A DNA stretch of 64,000 bases from Candidatus Falkowbacteria bacterium (lineage in GTDB: Bacteria; Patescibacteriota; Patescibacteriia; UBA11705; JABHMO01): NCBI GenBank assembly GCA_018674305.1, contig JABHAL010000008.1:954-64953 (forward strand), given 5' to 3'. Below, one piece after another: positions 43,911 through 52,899 of this stretch. The translations under genes and the position numbers were made by a program. The notes beneath the pieces are model-generated. The model searched no databases. It saw nothing but the letters and a program-made list of their open reading frames with translations, and was not told where the DNA came from. The stretch's first letter is position 1, and each line of letters starts with the position of its first letter.

Positions 43911-44378
43911 GTGAGCCAGGAAGATCGATTGGTTGAATTGGGCGAAGTTCTAGTAGTTTTAATCCGAGAGAAGGCAGAGCAGCTAGTGATCAAGGCCAAA
44001 GTTGAGAAAAGAATCAACAGGCTGCGTGATGAGATCCATGGTCCAGAAAAAGAATTCTTGGCTCTTTGGCGAGAGCTGGGTGGCGTATCGGTAAATATCT
44101 TTCATAGTGCAGATAAGAATCGAGTCAAGATTGGCAAGACTGGCACAAATGAAGCTGGCGGTGTCACTTTTCTCGATAAACTTATTTTTGAGAAGACGAG
44201 TATTCAATGCCAGTTTTTTTTAGCAGAAACCACTCCTGATATTCAGGACTATTTTTCTAGTCTGGAGGAGTGGGGTCTTATTTCTTCAGAAGAAAATTAT
44301 GTTAGTGACGGGATATTCGATTTTGGGCTTTGCCGGCGAACAGCCGAGGGCTGGGTGCAGGTAGTTAAGTTTAAATAG
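43911..44378 (+). CDS. hypothetical protein (ORFan cassette)
   Basis: GTG start with GGGAG SD; TTGACA-17-TAAATT promoter at about 43837. Confidence 0.7.
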   Translation: MSQEDRLVELGEVLVVLIREKAEQLVIKAKVEKRINRLRDEIHGPEKEFLALWRELGGVSVNIFHSADKNRVKIGKTGTNEAGGVTFLDKLIFEKTSIQCQFFLAETTPDIQDYFSSLEEWGLISSEENYVSDGIFDFGLCRRTAEGWVQVVKFK

Positions 44379-44414
44379 AGTATATGAGTTTTAGTGTTTT
44401 GTGTGGGGGCTGAT

Positions 44415-44698
44415 ATGGCAGGAATACAACCTGATGTATTTGAAAAAGAATTGGCTGATTTACAACTAAGTGTAAAGCTTACTGAGGCAAAAAGTATCCG
44501 AGCGGAGAAGCAGCAGGCTTTGGCGGTGGTATGAATTGGGGCGATTTTATGCGGAGGAAAAGTACGGGCTCAAAAGGAAAGCAATTTCTCACGCTTCTTG
44601 TAGAATATAGGGTATTAACTGAGAAAGAAAAGTTCGTTTGGTATCTCGGTGAATTTTGGTATCGAAGAGAAGATGGTTGGGAGGTGCTTTCCTCCTGA
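44415..44698 (+). pseudogene. two coupled mini-ORFs (44415-44534, 44531-44698), possibly a decayed paralog of 43911-44378
   Basis: C-terminal LGEFWYRREDGWEV resembles FGLCRRTAEGWVQV; terminator at 44706-44743. Confidence 0.35.
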
Positions 44699-44753
44699 TC
44701 AAAACAAAAACCGCCTTTCGGCAACGTCCGAGGCGGTTTTTTTATTGAGGAGT

Positions 44754-46121
44754 TTATTTTGTAAAATTTGTCCTTTGTTTAAGTTGAGCCTCTTCGCTAT
44801 ACCAATTTTTTCTTAGATCAGAACAAAGAAAGAAAGAACCTGTTGCCAAAATTAAATCATTTGGTTTAGCTTTTTTAATAGCGGCTTCAAGCGCTTGTTG
44901 CGGATCAAGGAAAACTTGAGTCTTGACCCCTGACTTTCCTGATTGCCGAAGCTTCAGCGAAGGCAGTAGTCGGAGAGAGAGAGTCTTCAATTCTTTAGCA
45001 ATCACAACCGGGTCAATGAATTTGCGTATAGCCAAGAGTGGGCGAGTGACATATAGATAATCAGTTTGTTTTAATAGTTCTTTGAAACAGTCTTTCGGTT
45101 TTTTGTGCTGCCCTAATGCACAGATCAAATGTAGTTTTCTGGAGTTTGGATTTTGAATTTTGAATTTGTTTAGGATTTTGAATTTAGGATTTAGGATTTT
45201 ACTCGCCAGGTAGGCCAGTTTATCTGGATTATGCGCTCCATCCAAAATCACCAAAGGTTTTTTTCTGACAATTTCAAATCTAGCTGGTATGGGGTTGGGT
45301 TCATTTAAGCCGCGTCGGATATGTTTCTCTTCAATTTTGAGATGCTCGGTTACGGCGCGGGCAAGATCTTCATTCACAGTGGCTGTGGAGACGCGATTAA
45401 TCGCGTCTTTACAGTTAACTATAGTTAAATCAGCTCCAAGCTTATCACATTCCTTTTGTATAACTTCCAAAGCTTTTGGTTTTGTTACTGCAGTAAAGAC
45501 TTTTCCGCCTTGGCGAATGATACCAGCTTTTTCATAGGCGATTTTTTCGATTGTATCTCCCAAAATGTGGGTATGATCAAGTCCAATGTTCGTTATTACT
45601 GAAACTAAAGTTTTGTAAACTGCATTTGAGCCATCGTAGCGTCCACCGCAACCAGTTTCCTGAACAACAAAGTCACATTTTTGTTTTTTAAAATACATTA
45701 GGCATAATAAATGCCAAACTTCAAAGTAGCTGGGCATGTCAAATTGCTGGTGGCATTTTTCAATGACGGGTTTTATTTCTTCAACCAGTTCAACGAAATC
45801 CTTCATGGAAATAAATTTTCCATTGATTTGAATTTTTTCCGTGGCCACAGAAACAAAGGGGGAGAAGTGAGCACCCACGTTGAATCCTGTTTTTTGCAAA
45901 ATATTATAAATATAATTTACCACTGATCCCTTACCACTGGTTCCCGCTACATGAATTATTTTTAGGCCCTTGTCTGGATTGCCACCGAGTTTTAAAAGCA
46001 GTTTGGTGCGCTTAAAATGATGATCAGGATTGGAAGTGCCCTGAAAAAAATCAACACTGCGAATATTGCCTAGAGATTCGAGATAAGCTTCAGCGTTTTT
46101 GTATTTTTGATAAATAGTCAT
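44754..46121 (-). CDS. folC: folylpolyglutamate synthase / Mur-ligase family, with three repeat-derived in-frame insertions
   Basis: IHVAGTSGKGS, SP, ETG.GGRYD.SN, IGLDH...LG, EKAGI, LDGAHNP, TGS. Confidence 0.92.
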   Translation of the reverse strand: MTIYQKYKNAEAYLESLGNIRSVDFFQGTSNPDHHFKRTKLLLKLGGNPDKGLKIIHVAGTSGKGSVVNYIYNILQKTGFNVGAHFSPFVSVATEKIQINGKFISMKDFVELVEEIKPVIEKCHQQFDMPSYFEVWHLLCLMYFKKQKCDFVVQETGCGGRYDGSNAVYKTLVSVITNIGLDHTHILGDTIEKIAYEKAGIIRQGGKVFTAVTKPKALEVIQKECDKLGADLTIVNCKDAINRVSTATVNEDLARAVTEHLKIEEKHIRRGLNEPNPIPARFEIVRKKPLVILDGAHNPDKLAYLASKILNPKFKILNKFKIQNPNSRKLHLICALGQHKKPKDCFKELLKQTDYLYVTRPLLAIRKFIDPVVIAKELKTLSLRLLPSLKLRQSGKSGVKTQVFLDPQQALEAAIKKAKPNDLILATGSFFLCSDLRKNWYSEEAQLKQRTNFTK

Positions 46122-46240
46122 ACTGTGTATTCATTATAGGATATTTCTTCTTATTTTACAACAACCTTGACAAAAGCAATAATTTTTGTTATAATGAAAC
46201 GTCTATGTTTTTTGAAAACGAAGATATAACGGAGGATTAA

Positions 46241-46699
46241 ATGCGGGAAAAAATTATGAGAATCTTTTTTTCTTTTCTGGGGGTTTTTGGTTTTCTGCTG
46301 ACCGCTATTACCTGCACAGCTGGTTTTATAGATGTGTGTGTGTCGGGCGCGTCTTGGGACATGGTTGAGAACCAGATTCTACTCAAGTTAGGGTTGACTG
46401 TTGGTTTTTTGGCTTTTGCTGTTAGTATGCTGGCGGATGGCACGTTTATGGATATCCGTTCGAGTTGGAAGCCATACAAGGCTTACTCATTGGTCCGGAC
46501 GACTGGTTTGGTTTTCGTTTTGTATATTGTCATTTCTGGAACATTTAAACTACTGGGAGTTTTTCCTGGTTATGCTTTTGAGTATGGCTGGTGGTTACCG
46601 ACTAGTATGGTTGGCTACGGCCTAACTTTGTACTGTTTCGGGCTTTTTGGTGACCCGACCTTCCAGAGTAGATTGCAGGAGGTGCAAAATGCTCAGTAG
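46241..46699 (+). CDS. hypothetical membrane protein
   Basis: About 4 TM segments; TTGACA-17-TATAAT at 46167; GGAGG SD. Confidence 0.75.
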   Translation: MREKIMRIFFSFLGVFGFLLTAITCTAGFIDVCVSGASWDMVENQILLKLGLTVGFLAFAVSMLADGTFMDIRSSWKPYKAYSLVRTTGLVFVLYIVISGTFKLLGVFPGYAFEYGWWLPTSMVGYGLTLYCFGLFGDPTFQSRLQEVQNAQ

Positions 46700-47114
46700 T
46701 ATTTCAGGTTTCACTTGGAAAAACTATCTGGCCATTTTGGTTGGTGTAGTAATCACTACAGGCTTGACTGTTGGAGGTAATGCCTACCTTTTTCCTGGTA
46801 TTGACAATATTTTGCGTTATATTCTTATCGCCATAGTTTTGGCGATTGGGATTATTTCAACTTTCGCCTTGGCTATGAATTCCTGTATGGGGATTGATAA
46901 TTATCGCGTTATGGGTTGGTCAATTTTTTTCGCTATTACAGCTGGCGTACTTGGATTGATCTACTCTAATTTGATGATTCATGGTTTTTCAGGCTTGTTT
47001 TTCTGCTTTGGTGATTTGTTTCTGGGAGGAATTGGCGGTTTGTTTTTGGCTTTTTTCGGTATGCGGATGCTCCGGCCAATGGCTATTGCGATACGGAGGA
47101 GAAAAGAAGGCTAG
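46689..47114 (+). CDS. hypothetical membrane protein
   Basis: About 4 TM segments; AGGAGGT SD before ATG 46689. Confidence 0.75.
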   Translation: MLSSISGFTWKNYLAILVGVVITTGLTVGGNAYLFPGIDNILRYILIAIVLAIGIISTFALAMNSCMGIDNYRVMGWSIFFAITAGVLGLIYSNLMIHGFSGLFFCFGDLFLGGIGGLFLAFFGMRMLRPMAIAIRRRKEG

Positions 47115-47178
47115 CTATTTCTGTAATTCAAAAAGATAACTGACAGGAAGATGTATAATTCAAACTTTGGAGGAATAA

Positions 47179-47730
47179 ATGAGAGGAGTAATATTTTCTA
47201 CTTTGTTAATGCTTTTGGCTTCAGCTTTGTCTTTTCATGTTGGAAGGGGCTATGGCTCGCGTGAACAAGAACTTCTTATGGAGTGTGATTGTGCAAAGCA
47301 AGTGTCTTCTATCTCTGATGTCACTGTTGCAGTGACGGCGGAGATGCAAGTTGCAATCGATGCTTGCGCGGCAGCTGGAGGTGAGGATGTCGGGGTGAAT
47401 CTCGATGGTGTGATTTGTATGATGAAGTATAGTTCTTCAAAAGAGGCTGCTTCTGTGGATTCAAGCGTTTTGAAAAAGAAAGCAGTTGAAGAACAAGATG
47501 CTTTTTTATCGGACAGGATCTACTCAGCTAAGCGCGAATTGTATCATTCTTGTCGGAAGGTGCATGGCTTATCCTATTCTGTTCGTGATTTACCCATGGA
47601 GCTTTGTGTTGTTCCTGCTTCAGAAAATAAAGCTGATGACTCTCGCGTTTGTGAAGAAGCGGGCGGCGAGTTTATTGGTTGGACCCCGGGTTCACATGCT
47701 CTTTGTGACCTACGAGTTACGATAATGTAA
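47179..47730 (+). CDS. secreted Cys-containing hypothetical protein
   Basis: Signal peptide; repeated C...GG motifs; GGAGG SD; terminator at 47740-47774. Confidence 0.75.
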   Translation: MRGVIFSTLLMLLASALSFHVGRGYGSREQELLMECDCAKQVSSISDVTVAVTAEMQVAIDACAAAGGEDVGVNLDGVICMMKYSSSKEAASVDSSVLKKKAVEEQDAFLSDRIYSAKRELYHSCRKVHGLSYSVRDLPMELCVVPASENKADDSRVCEEAGGEFIGWTPGSHALCDLRVTIM

Positions 47731-47810
47731 ATAATAACCAAAAAGGCAACTGAACGATTTCAGTGCCTTTTTTTATTGAGAAAAAAAGTACTTAACCCGT
47801 GTCTTTCCTG

Positions 47811-47838
47811 TTCGCCGTAGTTTCTGACGAAGGCGGAA
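47811..47838. repeat. stem-GNA-2bp-loop-2bp-GAA-stem palindromic element
   Basis: TTCGCC-GTA-GT-TTCTG-AC-GAA-GGCGGA; same architecture at 12731-12760 and 44941-44967. Confidence 0.6.
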
Positions 47839-47862
47839 GACCGGGTGTGAGCGAATTACAAA

Positions 47863-47992
47863 AATTTTCAATTATCAATTTTTAATTTTACAATAAATTT
47901 TCAATACCAGAATTTTCAATTCAGTAGATGGTTTATTTGAAAATTGCAAATTGTGAATTTAATGAAAATTAGAAAATTGTAAATTGATAATT
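47863..47992. repeat. inverted array of AATTTTC/GAAAATT 7-mers
   Basis: AATTTTCAATTATCAATTTTTAATTTT... versus ...AAAATTAGAAAATTGTAAATTGATAATT. Confidence 0.65.
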
Positions 47993-49082
47993 AAATATTC
48001 GCTATATAACTATTATTCCCTAAATTCTTTACCTTTCCTTTCATTTCTAGCATCATCAAAGTTGAATTTACTTCCTGCGTTGTGAGATCGCTTAGTTTTA
48101 CAAGCTCATTGATATGAAGTGGTTCAGTTAGTAAATGTTTTAGAATTGCGCCTTCTTCTGCAGAATCAGGAATCACTTGTTTAGCTTCATGCTGTTGTTT
48201 TAGTTCTTTGATTTGCAATTCTTCGAAAATATCTTCAGCGGACTGAACTAACTTAGCACCTTGTTTAATCAGATTATTAGTACCAATGGACATAGGGTGA
48301 TTAATTTGTCCTGGAATGGCAAACACTTCACGATTTTGTTCTAATGCGAACTTGGCAGTAATCAATGCGCCTGATGTTTCACCAGCTTCAATAACCAGAG
48401 TTCCCAAACTTAGGCCGGAAATAATTCGATTACGCGCTGGGAAATTATGACGGAGTGGCATCATTCCAATAGGATACTCAGAGACAATCAAGCCATTGGT
48501 TTGTAAAATATTTTCTGCTAGAGTTCGATTAGTCGCTGGATAAATATTTTGTCTGTCCAAGCCTGAGCCTAGAACGGCGATTGTGATTTTTCGTTCATTA
48601 ACGCAAGTAGTATGTGCCAAAGCATCGACGCCTAAAGCTAGACCACTAACAACTATAACATCTTGGCTGACTAATTCTTGGACTATTTTTTGCGTTACTT
48701 GCTGACCGTAGGTAGACATTTTTCTAGTGCCAACAACGGCTACGGTTTGACTATGCAGGTTGGCTAAGTCACCCTTGTAATATAATAAAAATGGAGCACT
48801 GTAAGTCTGTTTTAAAAGTATTGGATAGGCAGGATCATCAATAGTTACAATCTTGATATCTTCTTTATTTAATTTTTCTAATTCTAAATCTGGGTTAATG
48901 TTCGAGCGTCGGGAAGAAAGTTCGGCAATTACTGACCGTTCAAGCCCAGCTTCGCGCAATTCAAACTCTGACGCTTTCCAGGCTTGTTCCATGTTGGGAA
49001 AGTGTTGTTTTAAGAGTTTTATTTTTTGCGCGCCAATGCGAGTAATTTGAGAAAAGGCGAGCCAGTACTTTAAATCATTCAT
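47991..49082 (-). CDS. dprA: DNA-processing protein A
   Basis: AVVGTR, VSGLALGVD, FPARNRIISGLS, SGALITA, C-terminal wHTH. Confidence 0.96.
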   Translation of the reverse strand: MNDLKYWLAFSQITRIGAQKIKLLKQHFPNMEQAWKASEFELREAGLERSVIAELSSRRSNINPDLELEKLNKEDIKIVTIDDPAYPILLKQTYSAPFLLYYKGDLANLHSQTVAVVGTRKMSTYGQQVTQKIVQELVSQDVIVVSGLALGVDALAHTTCVNERKITIAVLGSGLDRQNIYPATNRTLAENILQTNGLIVSEYPIGMMPLRHNFPARNRIISGLSLGTLVIEAGETSGALITAKFALEQNREVFAIPGQINHPMSIGTNNLIKQGAKLVQSAEDIFEELQIKELKQQHEAKQVIPDSAEEGAILKHLLTEPLHINELVKLSDLTTQEVNSTLMMLEMKGKVKNLGNNSYIANI

Positions 49083-49306
49083 AGATAATTAATCAATTGA
49101 CCAATTTTGCAAATTCTAAACAAATACAAAGCGTTAATGTCCGAAACTTAAAAAGTATTAATGGTTGTCGCTATTTGGATTTTTGAATTTGAATTTATTT
49201 AGGATTTAGAGTTTGACGAATTGGTAATTAATATACATTATGATATCATACCAAAGGAATTTGCTTTAATCAACTTTGAGTGTGGATTTAGCAAAAAGGG
49301 GGATAA

Positions 49307-49978
49307 ATGTCCTTTTCAAATAATGAAAAAACACAGGATTATTTGCGTGCACTCTGGCATTTTTGTGGAGTAGGTGGATCGGCTTTAATATTTTGGTTTT
49401 GTGGAGAAGTACTACTCGGTTTTTTAATTGCATTTGGTTTTTTGTTCTTGTTTGTGGATTGGCGAAGAGCGAAAGGGGATTCCTGGGCAGAAGAATTAAT
49501 TCGTTTTGTGACAGGAGATTTTTTCTTTAACATGCTCAGAGATAGTGAATTAAACAGCTTGAGTACAGGAAGTAAATATATTTTCGCAGGTCTGATTATA
49601 GCTGTAATGCAATTGCACCTTGGTTTGCCAAAAGAAATTGCGGTCTGTGGAGTATTACTTTTGGCTGTTGGTGATCCTATGGCGCGCTTGATTGGCAAAG
49701 AATGGAAAGGGAATGGATTTAATGGATTGGTGAGTCCGAGACTTAGAAAAAAAAGATTGTACGGAAAAAAAACTTTTATTGGATCATCTTCTTTTTTCTG
49801 TTTCGGAGTTTTCTCAGTTTGGGCATTTTGCTCAGTTACAAATGTGGAAATCAATTGGTCAGTTTTGATAGTTGGAGCCATAGTTGCTACTTTAGTAGAG
49901 TTGTATGTAGAAAATTGGGACAATTTCTGGGTTCCATTAAGTGCGATTTCGGTGATGTGGTATTTAGGGGGATTTTAA
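49307..49978 (+). CDS. dolichol/phytol kinase-like (CTP_transf) membrane protein
   Basis: R..WH, GDP.A.LIG, KKT.IGS, E....DN..VP; terminator at 49985-50012. Confidence 0.85.
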   Translation: MSFSNNEKTQDYLRALWHFCGVGGSALIFWFCGEVLLGFLIAFGFLFLFVDWRRAKGDSWAEELIRFVTGDFFFNMLRDSELNSLSTGSKYIFAGLIIAVMQLHLGLPKEIAVCGVLLLAVGDPMARLIGKEWKGNGFNGLVSPRLRKKRLYGKKTFIGSSSFFCFGVFSVWAFCSVTNVEINWSVLIVGAIVATLVELYVENWDNFWVPLSAISVMWYLGGF

Positions 49979-50061
49979 TAATACAAGCTCAGTATATACT
50001 GAGCTTTTTTTTCTGAACGGATAACTTTGTCGTAAATTTAGGCAATGGGTGGTAATAACAC

Positions 50062-50175
50062 TTGACTTTTTTATTAAAACATGCTATAATGAAACTGTAA
50101 TTAGATCAAGAACCAGGCTCATTGGTTCGTTCCACTTGCTTAAAGCCTTGACAACCTTATATAGGATACTATAAT
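50062..50175 (+). promoter_or_regulatory. two tandem sigma70-type promoters
   Basis: TTGACT-17-TATAAT (50062-50090) and TTGACA-16-TATAAT (50148-50175). Confidence 0.6.
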
Positions 50176-50185
50176 ATACTGTTAT

Positions 50186-50325
50186 GGAAGCTGGTCTATG
50201 TGATCATGCTTACCAGTGGAGAAAGACAGTATCCCCTCCTAGCTGTGGAGTATCCGTGAGTTAAGTTTTGTCAGTTTACTGCTGAAACTTGCACTGGTAA
50301 GTTTGATTGTGTGGATCAGTTTTTT
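50186..50325 (+). ncRNA. putative structured RNA of about 140 nt, class unknown
   Basis: 50186-50218 pairs with 50292-50324 using many G-U pairs; two internal hairpins; ends in a U-run. Confidence 0.55.
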
Positions 50326-50469
50326 AAATACTGATTACTGATTTTTACTGATATACGGATTAACAAAAAAGTAAAAACTGATTTATCAAATGCGAAGTAT
50401 TAAGTTTGATGGTGAGGATTGTTTATATAAGTAAATAATCCTGACAATCAAACAACCTTGGAGGATATC

Positions 50470-50706
50470 ATGAAGAAGTATTTTCTTCTCGTAATTCTGT
50501 TTGCTTTTGTGTCGATCACCATTAGCGGATGCTTTTCTCGCCCGTACTACGCGTACGATGATGGCCCGCGTTATCGGGAATCGTATGTTTGTGATGCGGA
50601 CTGTCGAAGCGAACGTCGCTGGCGTAGTCAGCAACGGAAAGCTCGTCAGCGGGAGTATCTCCGTTACAAGAGAGCAAGAAGCCAGGCTCGCAGATATCGC
50701 CGGTAG
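50470..50706 (+). CDS. small Arg-rich lipoprotein
   Basis: GGAGG SD; lipobox ISGC; hairpin at 50731-50756 downstream. Confidence 0.7.
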   Translation: MKKYFLLVILFAFVSITISGCFSRPYYAYDDGPRYRESYVCDADCRSERRWRSQQRKARQREYLRYKRARSQARRYRR

Positions 50707-50881
50707 TAGAGGATCTTGTTTTGTCAAACTGATCCCTGTTCAACTGAACAGGGATCTTGACTTTTAAAAGAAAGGACAGAAGTGTTACTGGTTGACAGGT
50801 CTAAGCGTATGTGTTATTATGCGACGATACTGTGATATAATATAAATTAGTAAGTTGGACTTTTTTACATAGGAGGTTAGT

Positions 50882-51823
50882 ATGAGAAAGTTCGTATTTT
50901 TGACAATTGCATTGGCCATTTGTTTGGTTGGTGCTTCAGTTGCCCAGGCTCAGTATATTGAGGGTTGGGATCGTGACTCAACTGCTTCTGACTGGACAGT
51001 TGGAAGCGAAACTTATTTCAACTGCGATGAGTGCGGTTGCGCTGAAGACGACTATGAATGTCAGTACGACTGCGATCTGTGCTGGGATGAAGAGTTTGAT
51101 GAAAGTTCTGGTGATGTGGTAGAAGTTGATCCTGACTATTACTACTTTGATGAACCTCAAACTGTGGTTTCTCTGAGTTTTTGGCCGTTGGATTATGTTG
51201 GTCTGTCCTTTTACTACAATGGTTTTCCGTATTATTGGTATAACAACCACTACGTACGATACCATTCACATTGGTACAATGGCCATCGTTACTGGGTTCA
51301 TCCATGGTATTACAAACGATATCACACTTCCACATACCACAATCATCCTCGACATTGGCGAGCTCATCACAAGAAGCATTACACTAAAGGCAAAAAGTAC
51401 GCCAAGGGCAAAAAGTACGCCAAGGGCAAAAAGTACGCTAAGGGCAAAAAGTACGCTAAGGGAAAGTCGTACAAAGGCAAGAAGCTCTCCAAAGGAAAGT
51501 CGTACAAAAACAAGAAGTATGCCAAGAGTAAACGACAGCACAGTAATAAAAAGTGGCAAAACAAAGGTCACAAAAAGCGTGGTCGCAGTTCAACAAAGTT
51601 GAAGCGACAGCGAAGCAACAAAGGCAAGCGGAATTACAGCACGGGAAATCGTTCTCGTTCGCGCTCGTCTCGAGCCAATTCTTCGACTTACGGCAAGCGT
51701 AAGAGTAAGAGTAGGAATAAGAGTAAGTCGTATCGCTCCAGCTCGCGTGGTCGCTCTAGTCCAGTGCGCAGTTCTCGAGGTTCTCGTGGAACCAGAGGTT
51801 CGCGTAGTAAAAGGCGACGTTAG
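50882..51823 (+). CDS. secreted low-complexity protein with acidic, Tyr/His-rich and Lys/Arg/Ser-rich blocks
   Basis: Signal peptide ending AQA; KGKKYA x4 (18-bp repeats, about 51386-51457); AGGAGG SD; terminator at 51829-51863. Confidence 0.8.
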   Translation: MRKFVFLTIALAICLVGASVAQAQYIEGWDRDSTASDWTVGSETYFNCDECGCAEDDYECQYDCDLCWDEEFDESSGDVVEVDPDYYYFDEPQTVVSLSFWPLDYVGLSFYYNGFPYYWYNNHYVRYHSHWYNGHRYWVHPWYYKRYHTSTYHNHPRHWRAHHKKHYTKGKKYAKGKKYAKGKKYAKGKKYAKGKSYKGKKLSKGKSYKNKKYAKSKRQHSNKKWQNKGHKKRGRSSTKLKRQRSNKGKRNYSTGNRSRSRSSRANSSTYGKRKSKSRNKSKSYRSSSRGRSSPVRSSRGSRGTRGSRSKRRR

Positions 51824-51892
51824 TAATCAAAACCGCTCCGATGCAATATCGGAGCGGTCTTTTAATATGTGAATTTTATAGGAAATAGTGGA

Positions 51893-52444
51893 TTAAGAAA
51901 GTAAATGATTTCTAAATTCTTCAAGAATTTTGTGTTTCAAATCTTTAAGTTTGAATTTTTCTAAGAAACCGAAACTGTTCAAAACGAAACGAGCGGTGTC
52001 ACCTTGCTTGCTCTTGTCTTCTTTACCAACGCCAACTCTGACGCGGGTAAAATTCTGGCTACCAATTTTTTCAATGATTGATTTAATGCCATTATGACCG
52101 GCTGCAGATTTGTCCTTTTGAACCTTGTAATTACCAAAAGTCAAATCAATCTCATCATGAATAACAATCAGATCGCTTGGCTCAACTTTATAAAAGTTCA
52201 TCAATAGACTGACAGCTTCTCCGGAATTATTCATGAAGGTCAGTGGTTTGGCTAGGATTATTTTCTCACCATTTAAGTTTCCTTCGGAAATACGAGCTTG
52301 AAATTTTTTATTATCACTCCAGCTAGAGAAATTAGCGCTTTGTTCCCATTCATCACGTAAAAATTCAATAACGGAAAACCCGATATTGTGACGAGTGAAT
52401 TGGTGTTTTTTTCCAGGGTTACCTAGACCTGTAATAATTTTCAT
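51893..52444 (-). CDS. pth: peptidyl-tRNA hydrolase
   Basis: GLGNPG, TRHNIGF, KP.TFMN.SG, HDE.D, GHNG.KSI. Confidence 0.96.
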   Translation of the reverse strand: MKIITGLGNPGKKHQFTRHNIGFSVIEFLRDEWEQSANFSSWSDNKKFQARISEGNLNGEKIILAKPLTFMNNSGEAVSLLMNFYKVEPSDLIVIHDEIDLTFGNYKVQKDKSAAGHNGIKSIIEKIGSQNFTRVRVGVGKEDKSKQGDTARFVLNSFGFLEKFKLKDLKHKILEEFRNHLLS

Positions 52445-52488
52445 TTGATAGGTTGAATGTTAAAAGTTTATAAAGTTGGAAGAGGTTA

Positions 52489-52887
52489 TTATTCAAGTTC
52501 TGGAATTATATTAAATGTATCACCAAGTTGCTTTCTGTAGTTTTTTAGAAGTTGGTAAATTTCCTTGATTGGCTTTTTTTCTTGAAGGGATTGCTTAAGT
52601 TCCGCGGAAAGTTTATTAGCTATATCAATTTTAGCTTGAGTTTCTTCCGGAACTACGTCGGGTGGGAGCAAATTAAATTTTGGAGCAATTTTTTCTGTGA
52701 GATATTGGTCAAAAGTTAAAATAACCTCTGGGTCAATTCTTTCATAAAAATTTATTTTGTTGGGAAATCTAAGGGCAAATTGAATGTTCGTGTAAACATA
52801 ATCAAATCCATTATTTGGGAAATCATTAAGAATAAGCTTGTCCAGGAACTCAGCGGTCATTTTAGTTTTTGGTTGTTCAGTAGACAT
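52489..52887 (-). CDS. hypothetical protein
   Basis: 132-aa ORF co-oriented between der and pth. Confidence 0.65.
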   Translation of the reverse strand: MSTEQPKTKMTAEFLDKLILNDFPNNGFDYVYTNIQFALRFPNKINFYERIDPEVILTFDQYLTEKIAPKFNLLPPDVVPEETQAKIDIANKLSAELKQSLQEKKPIKEIYQLLKNYRKQLGDTFNIIPELE

Positions 52888-52899
52888 GTGATTTGATTT

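Noticed and set aside
50186..50325. Retron msr-msd or SRP RNA
   Set aside because: There is no adjacent reverse transcriptase and the SRP domain IV consensus is absent.
51195..51602. Alternative-frame and antisense ORFs over the KGKKYA repeats
   Set aside because: They are by-products of the low-complexity 18-bp repeat; only the 50882 frame has an SD and a signal peptide.
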